This document shows, in pieces, positions 55,428-60,476 of a DNA stretch of 60,476 nucleotides. Position 1 is the first letter of the stretch; every line of letters starts with the position of its first letter. The notes under the pieces are model-generated. The model saw only the letters and a list, made by a program, of their open reading frames with translations. It was not told the DNA's origin and did no database searches. The stretch is taken from IMG/VR virus record IMGVR_UViG_3300021437_000022, positions 1 to 60,476 of that record. One strand, 5' to 3'. The stretch is from a virus. Lineage: Duplodnaviria; Caudoviricetes. Made by a program: the position numbers and the translations under genes.

Positions 55428-57178
55428 TACGCTGACCTCTTTCCTCGGCGGCGACTGAGTGTCAGCCAGTTTGCATGGTTACCTTGCGGTGCAACCCCGT
55501 TGGAAAGATTTCCGCTGGAGACATCCGTATTTTCAAGGGCCGTGCCTCCGAAGTCAATGCGCACACTTACGGTGCCTGTGGCCAAGTCCGCGATCTCCAA
55601 CACCGCCCCACTGAAGCTGACGACCACCTGGGAGGAGCCCGCCATCAGGTCCGGGTCTTCCGTTGGGGCACCGGACAACGTGAGGGGCGAAAATCCAACA
55701 GTAATAGAGCCTGTGCTCGTGTCCGCTGATTCGGTCATTGCCCCATTCAGATCGACCGTTACCCCCATTGCACCGGCGCAAAGGTCAGGAATTTCTGTAG
55801 CTACACCCGATATGTTGATCTGCACAGCCAACGCGCCCGTGCTCGAATCGTTCCCTTCCACTGCTGTTCCGGATATCACCGCCGGGCCGCCTGACACGGT
55901 GACCGTTGCGGCCATGGTATCGGCTGTCTCTGTTGCGGTGCCGCTCAAGTCCACTTGTACTGCAAACGTCGCAGCCTGGGTGTCGGCTGTCTCTGTCGCG
56001 GTGCCGCTGAGCACAGGCAAGGTGACGGTGATTGTTCCGGTGCTGGTATCGGCACCTTCAGTCGGGGCACCGGTCAAATCCACGATCGGGCCAATCACGC
56101 CAGTGCTCGTGTCCGCGCCTTCCGTGGGTGTACCTGAGAAACTCACGATCGGACCCAGGGTTCCCGTCGAGCTGTCGTTGGCTTCGATCGCGTTTCCGCT
56201 GACCACTACGGCAACTGCAAAGCTTGCAGTGCTGGTATCGGGTGTCTCTGTCGCGGTGCCGCTGATGCTCGGCAGGGTGACGGCGACACTGCCCGTGCTT
56301 GTGTCGGCAGATTCTGTGGGTGTGCCACTGAGCGACACGGCCACCGCGAAGCTGCCGGTGCTCGTGTCCGCGCCTTCTGTGGGTGTTCCGCTGAGGGTCG
56401 GCAGAGTGACCGTGACACTGCCGGTGCTGGTATCGGGTGTCTCTGTCGCGGTGCCGCTCAGTGTCAAGCCAGAGGAGGCGTTGAGCAATCGACCGATAGC
56501 GACGTTGCCGCCAATTGGCCAGCCGTCCGAGTTACCGCTTGGGCCGACCGGCGCCACCTTAATGATGAACTGCGCTGCATGGCCAATCGTGCTGCCGCTC
56601 CACGTCAACGATGCCGATGGGACAGCCCCGGCTGTTGCTGAACTGCTGTACACCACACTCGTTGTGGCGGCTGCAACAGTCAGCGTTGTGACGTTGGTCA
56701 GGCCCGTTGGCGGCGTTGTGACCGACGCTCCAGTCAGTACATCATCGAACCACGAGATAACCCACGAGCCCGTGGTGGTGCACGTCGTTGCTGGCGCTAC
56801 GAACGGGTTCGTGCTGGATACGTTGTTCTGGAACCAGACAGGGTTCTCAAGCGGAACGCCGGAAACATTCGCGCCAGATACCGCAAAGCAGATGCCGGTC
56901 TGTGTGTGGGAGAACTGCTCCGTGCAGGTGAACGACGCGGCTTCAGTACCATCGACCACGCGATACCAGATGCCGGGGTATTGTCCGTTCGGGACATCGT
57001 CGCTGTTCGCCCACCGGGTAAAGCCTGTTGGGCCTACCGCACCCGCTGCCGTCTGAGAGTCGGCTGACTCCCAAAGAATAATCAGCAGGTCGCCGACCGC
57101 AACACCAGCAGGTTTTGTGAGGGTGAGCGACCCTACCGCAGTGCCCGTAGATACTGCGCCGACGAAGGCGAGCGCCAT
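55427..57178 (-). CDS. Repetitive virion surface protein (fibre/whisker-like)
   Basis: N-terminal KPAGVAVGDLLI domain then many SG(T/A).TE..DTSTG...V repeats. Confidence 0.75.
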   Translation of the reverse strand: MALAFVGAVSTGTAVGSLTLTKPAGVAVGDLLIILWESADSQTAAGAVGPTGFTRWANSDDVPNGQYPGIWYRVVDGTEAASFTCTEQFSHTQTGICFAVSGANVSGVPLENPVWFQNNVSSTNPFVAPATTCTTTGSWVISWFDDVLTGASVTTPPTGLTNVTTLTVAAATTSVVYSSSATAGAVPSASLTWSGSTIGHAAQFIIKVAPVGPSGNSDGWPIGGNVAIGRLLNASSGLTLSGTATETPDTSTGSVTVTLPTLSGTPTEGADTSTGSFAVAVSLSGTPTESADTSTGSVAVTLPSISGTATETPDTSTASFAVAVVVSGNAIEANDSSTGTLGPIVSFSGTPTEGADTSTGVIGPIVDLTGAPTEGADTSTGTITVTLPVLSGTATETADTQAATFAVQVDLSGTATETADTMAATVTVSGGPAVISGTAVEGNDSSTGALAVQINISGVATEIPDLCAGAMGVTVDLNGAMTESADTSTGSITVGFSPLTLSGAPTEDPDLMAGSSQVVVSFSGAVLEIADLATGTVSVRIDFGGTALENTDVSSGNLSNGVAPQGNHANWLTLSRRRGKRSA

Positions 57179-57192
57179 TTGGCGTTACCTCG

Positions 57193-58575
57193 TCAATTCG
57201 GCAGGTAGTTGTATTGCACGTTGGTGATCGTGAACGAAGGCGTCGTACCGCCAATCGTCCAGACAATGCGCCATGTGCGCGGCAAAGGCATGTTCGCAGT
57301 CGCCGCAGTTCCCGTCGTGGTTGTGCCTGCAGTCACCGCGATGCCGGGGTATATCGTGATGCCGAACACCCCCGTAGCAGTCAATGACGCCGTCGTTGCC
57401 CCCGGTACGTCGTACCACGTCGTACCACCGTCCGCTGATCCCTGTACCTTGATGACGCACGTCGGGGTAGTGCCTGTGACTGCTCCCATGTTGACCACGA
57501 TGGCAACGCCTTTGTTACCCACGTTCGCAATGGTCGCGCCGTTACCCGTTGCGGTCTTTGCACCCGTATCGCCGGTGGTCAGGTTGCCTGACATGCCGCG
57601 CTGCAAATCCCAGGTCGTGCCGTTGTAGAGCGCATTCAGGACAGCAATACGACCGAGTGTCGGATTTGCCAGGGCATCTGCTAACGCTGCGGAAGCAGAT
57701 ACCAACGCTTCGCCAGGGCGTACTGAAACTGTCGCCGCTGGGTCGGTGAACGCTGAGGCTGTACTCGCCGCTTTCACCGCAGCGTTGTTCGTTCCGTCGC
57801 CAATCTTCACGGCGCTATTCGCACCTGCCATCGACACAACCAAAGCAGTATCAGTAGTTGCCGCTGCCGTCGATGCCGCCTTGATCGTTGCCGACACCGC
57901 GCCGATGGAAAGCGCGCAATAGACCTCACCCCTTGCGGTTGTCTGCAGGTCTGTTTGCTGGCCAGTGGTGTACGTCGGCAACGCTGTTGTAAACGTTCCG
58001 CCGATGCGCGTCGGGTTGCCGAGGATCGCCGTCGCTGCAGCCGCTGGCCCTTGGGTAATTGCAGCTACAGATGGCGAACCTTCTTCCATGTTCTGAAGAA
58101 TACTGATCGCCGCTGAGCCTGACGTGAAGGCAGTTGAGATAACTTTGAAGAACGCCGCGCCACCGATGTCTACATCCCATGCACGCGTCTGGTTCGCCGG
58201 CAGCACCCCTGTCGTTGTCTCCGAGATGCTCGTGTCCGTGCGCACGGCGTTGACCGGCCAGTAGGTCGTATTGTCGTTCGATGCCCAAAAGCCGAAGTTG
58301 ACGCCCGCATAGGTGCCTGACACCTGCACCGTCACACTGACATATGACCCCATCGTCACCGGGCCAACCGTCGTTGCGGCTGTAGTGATTGCACCCGTGG
58401 TGTTGGCCGCAGCACCTGAGATCACCTGCACTGGCAAAGGGGAGGCTACGGAAGTTTGATTCACCGCTCCCGCAGCGCCCCAAGCAGACTTTGCTAGGGG
58501 ATACTCCACCGCCGTGATGGTGTCGGATGCAAAGGTCGAACCGCCAGACCCAGCATTAGTAACGAAATTGGCCAC
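57193..58575 (-). CDS. T/A-rich virion structural protein
   Basis: GTG start; two (A/G)S.D..TW/Y beta-sandwich modules, VKAASTA repeats. Confidence 0.7.
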   Translation of the reverse strand: MANFVTNAGSGGSTFASDTITAVEYPLAKSAWGAAGAVNQTSVASPLPVQVISGAAANTTGAITTAATTVGPVTMGSYVSVTVQVSGTYAGVNFGFWASNDNTTYWPVNAVRTDTSISETTTGVLPANQTRAWDVDIGGAAFFKVISTAFTSGSAAISILQNMEEGSPSVAAITQGPAAAATAILGNPTRIGGTFTTALPTYTTGQQTDLQTTARGEVYCALSIGAVSATIKAASTAAATTDTALVVSMAGANSAVKIGDGTNNAAVKAASTASAFTDPAATVSVRPGEALVSASAALADALANPTLGRIAVLNALYNGTTWDLQRGMSGNLTTGDTGAKTATGNGATIANVGNKGVAIVVNMGAVTGTTPTCVIKVQGSADGGTTWYDVPGATTASLTATGVFGITIYPGIAVTAGTTTTGTAATANMPLPRTWRIVWTIGGTTPSFTITNVQYNYLPN

Positions 58576-58594
58576 TATCCGCCCCTATGAGGTA

Positions 58595-58885
58595 TCAGAC
58601 TACGGAGCCTGATATTTTGTTTTTCTTTGCCAAGTCAATTTCGACTTGCTTTGTAAACCGCGCGCCAATGGGCTTGGTGACCACCAAGGTCACCGGGTCC
58701 ACAACATCAGCGAAGAAGAAATCCCAGTCAACCCCGGTGTACGTGATATCGATCTCGTTGCGGTCAAGCCCGTCGATATTGATCAAGTATTTAGCCGTCA
58801 GCGACTTGGCTTGAAAATCGATCTCCATACCAATCATGGTATAGGTCGTCAACTTGGAAACGGTCAAGGCGCTGACGATCGGCAT
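58595..58885 (-). CDS. Hypothetical late protein
   Basis: 96-aa ORF packed in operon. Confidence 0.65.
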   Translation of the reverse strand: MPIVSALTVSKLTTYTMIGMEIDFQAKSLTAKYLINIDGLDRNEIDITYTGVDWDFFFADVVDPVTLVVTKPIGARFTKQVEIDLAKKNKISGSVV

Positions 58886-58887
58886 GA

Positions 58888-59283
58888 TTACGCGCCCGTT
58901 GCGGTGATGACCAACGACGATGCACTGACCGTTTGGCCTGAAGCAATTGAGGTATTGTTGATCGTGATATCTGCACCCGACGTGTTCACTGTTCCTTGCA
59001 CCACATCCGTGCCGCCACTGGTAGCGATCCGGAAGTAGCCCGCCGCACCTGTTGCGGCCGCCACACCCGAAGTGATTGCACCTGCGGTGAGTGCGCCGGC
59101 AGACGCTGAGCCGAAGGCGGTTGCGTTACCTGTCAGCGTCACAAGCAAGGTGCCGGTAGCTGCGGCCGCCACATTGGCCGGGGCAGCGCCTGAGTAAATC
59201 TTGATGAGCGCATTGACCCCGATATCCGTGTTCAACTGCGTCATCGAGTTGGTGCGGTGGGTCGTGCTGTATTGGATTGCCAT
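58888..59283 (-). CDS. Conserved small virion protein
   Basis: IYSG..PA....ATGTLL...ATG.A.YFRI...G.V. Confidence 0.75.
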   Translation of the reverse strand: MAIQYSTTHRTNSMTQLNTDIGVNALIKIYSGAAPANVAAAATGTLLVTLTGNATAFGSASAGALTAGAITSGVAAATGAAGYFRIATSGGTDVVQGTVNTSGADITINNTSIASGQTVSASSLVITATGA

Positions 59284-59303
59284 GGTGTCTTTTCCTTGAA
59301 AAT

Positions 59304-60476
59304 TTAGAGTTGCTGTACCGCGAAGGCCATGGCATTCGCCACGAGTTGATGCCCTGCATCAGTCAAATGCACTTTATCGGCATTGAAATACGTTGTATTG
59401 GCAGGGTTGGTGAGCTGAGGAATTGCGGTCAAGTCCACCAGATAGTCAGCGAACTGCGTGTAGTTCGCACGCAACCATGTGTTGAAGGCAGCCTGATTAA
59501 GTGCAAAAGCAGCTTGTTGAGTCGCTGTCCCGTCTTGACGAAGAAGCATCGTGGCGGCGATGACTTTCCACCCAAATGATTTTTTCTGTTTGCACAATTT
59601 TTGGTATTGAGAAATCGCTTGGCCAGCGGAGCTGTACGCCGCGACATCGTTGGTGCCGCCCCAGATGATCTGAATATTTTTTCCTGATCCTCGTGGAGAG
59701 AAAAGCAAATCTCCATACGTCAGAGTTTCAGTGTTCATTTGCACCAAGTTACGCCCTGGGTAAGAGTCGCACTTCACTTGCCAAGTGCCGGCCCCTAATG
59801 AATTCCACATCCTGTTCGGATAATTCGTACCCCCTACAGGAGTCAACATCGCTTGCGCCGCGCCCCCGGTGGACCCTTGCCCTGAAGTCAAGGAATCTCC
59901 GGTGCATATAACCAGATTGGATGCCCCAATACCCCACTTGGCTTGCAAGTAGTCATAAACCTGACGCGTGTTGTCTTGCGAAAGTGCCACGTTATAAATG
60001 AGAACTTCGCCGATGTAACCCGGCCAAGTGAATCCGCCTGCGGCGAGGTCTCCAAGAGTCACGGCAACCGAAGCCGCTAACGTTCCGGTGCAGGCGAAGG
60101 TGGACAAACTAGCTGTCGCGCTTGGCCCATTATTCGCGAACTGCCGGTCATACATCAAACACATCGACGCACCGTCATACCTCACAACGCCAATGCTTGT
60201 ATCTGCGGAAATATTCAGTGGCGCCCCGGCCGAACTGGCGGGGACAGTGCCGCCGCTGGCGTAGTTGAAAGTATTCGTCGTCCGATTGCACTCGATCCAA
60301 AAGCCGGAGCCCGCTTGCATGATCACTTTATTGGTGGCTAACCCAGGGGCCGACATCACAATAAAGATTGTGCAGTTGGCCAAGTTGATCGCAGGTGTCG
60401 TGAATTTCGACGTGCCGTTGAGATTGACCGCAGGGTAACCATTGATCGCCGACTTCTTGTAAGTCGGAGAAACAGT
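59304..60476 (-). CDS. 3' part of LamG-like + SGNH/GDSL esterase protein (starts at 323)
   Basis: GYIGEVLIYN.AL....YL..KW LamG end; GDSLT, PG, GGTND, DKVH SGNH blocks. Confidence 0.88.
   Translation of the reverse strand, partial: TVSPTYKKSAINGYPAVNLNGTSKFTTPAINLANCTIFIVMSAPGLATNKVIMQAGSGFWIECNRTTNTFNYASGGTVPASSAGAPLNISADTSIGVVRYDGASMCLMYDRQFANNGPSATASLSTFACTGTLAASVAVTLGDLAAGGFTWPGYIGEVLIYNVALSQDNTRQVYDYLQAKWGIGASNLVICTGDSLTSGQGSTGGAAQAMLTPVGGTNYPNRMWNSLGAGTWQVKCDSYPGRNLVQMNTETLTYGDLLFSPRGSGKNIQIIWGGTNDVAAYSSAGQAISQYQKLCKQKKSFGWKVIAATMLLRQDGTATQQAAFALNQAAFNTWLRANYTQFADYLVDLTAIPQLTNPANTTYFNADKVHLTDAGHQLVANAMAFAVQQL
60346..60476. repeat. Terminal direct repeat, right copy
   Basis: Matches 1-131 with one mismatch. 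Confidence 0.95.

Overview
This window appears to be a complete, circularly assembled dsDNA phage genome with a unit length of about 60,345 bp. Bases 1-131 recur at 60346-60476, and one gene reads in frame across the join. It looks podovirus-like (portal, N4-gp56-type capsid, tail tubular proteins, large ejected proteins, no tape measure or sheath) and is GC-rich; the host is probably a proteobacterium (inferred). There are four transcription blocks. (1) Late/structural genes on the minus strand (6294->1, continuing 60345->31437). (2) A short plus-strand early operon (6609-10468). (3) A minus-strand primase/VRR-NUC/SNF2/Q-like block with a candidate origin (10459-16888). (4) A plus-strand block of about 30 small ORFs followed by DUF2800 nuclease, DUF2815 SSB, HD hydrolase, family A polymerase and dNMP kinase (17074-31447). 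The most striking signal is three near-identical 52-nt type II hammerhead ribozymes (7421, 7792, 9090). Each sits just after a stop codon and just before the next start in the early operon, whose second gene is a T3-like SAM lyase. These would cut the early anti-defence transcript into defined, ribozyme-bounded gene cassettes. Also notable are a 2536-aa polyvalent virion protein with a second candidate SAM-lyase domain, an SGNH esterase virion protein, and several candidate structured RNAs. I recognised no integrase, repressor, RNA polymerase, standalone endolysin, tRNA, CRISPR array or reverse transcriptase. All family calls come from motif recognition by eye, not from database searches.
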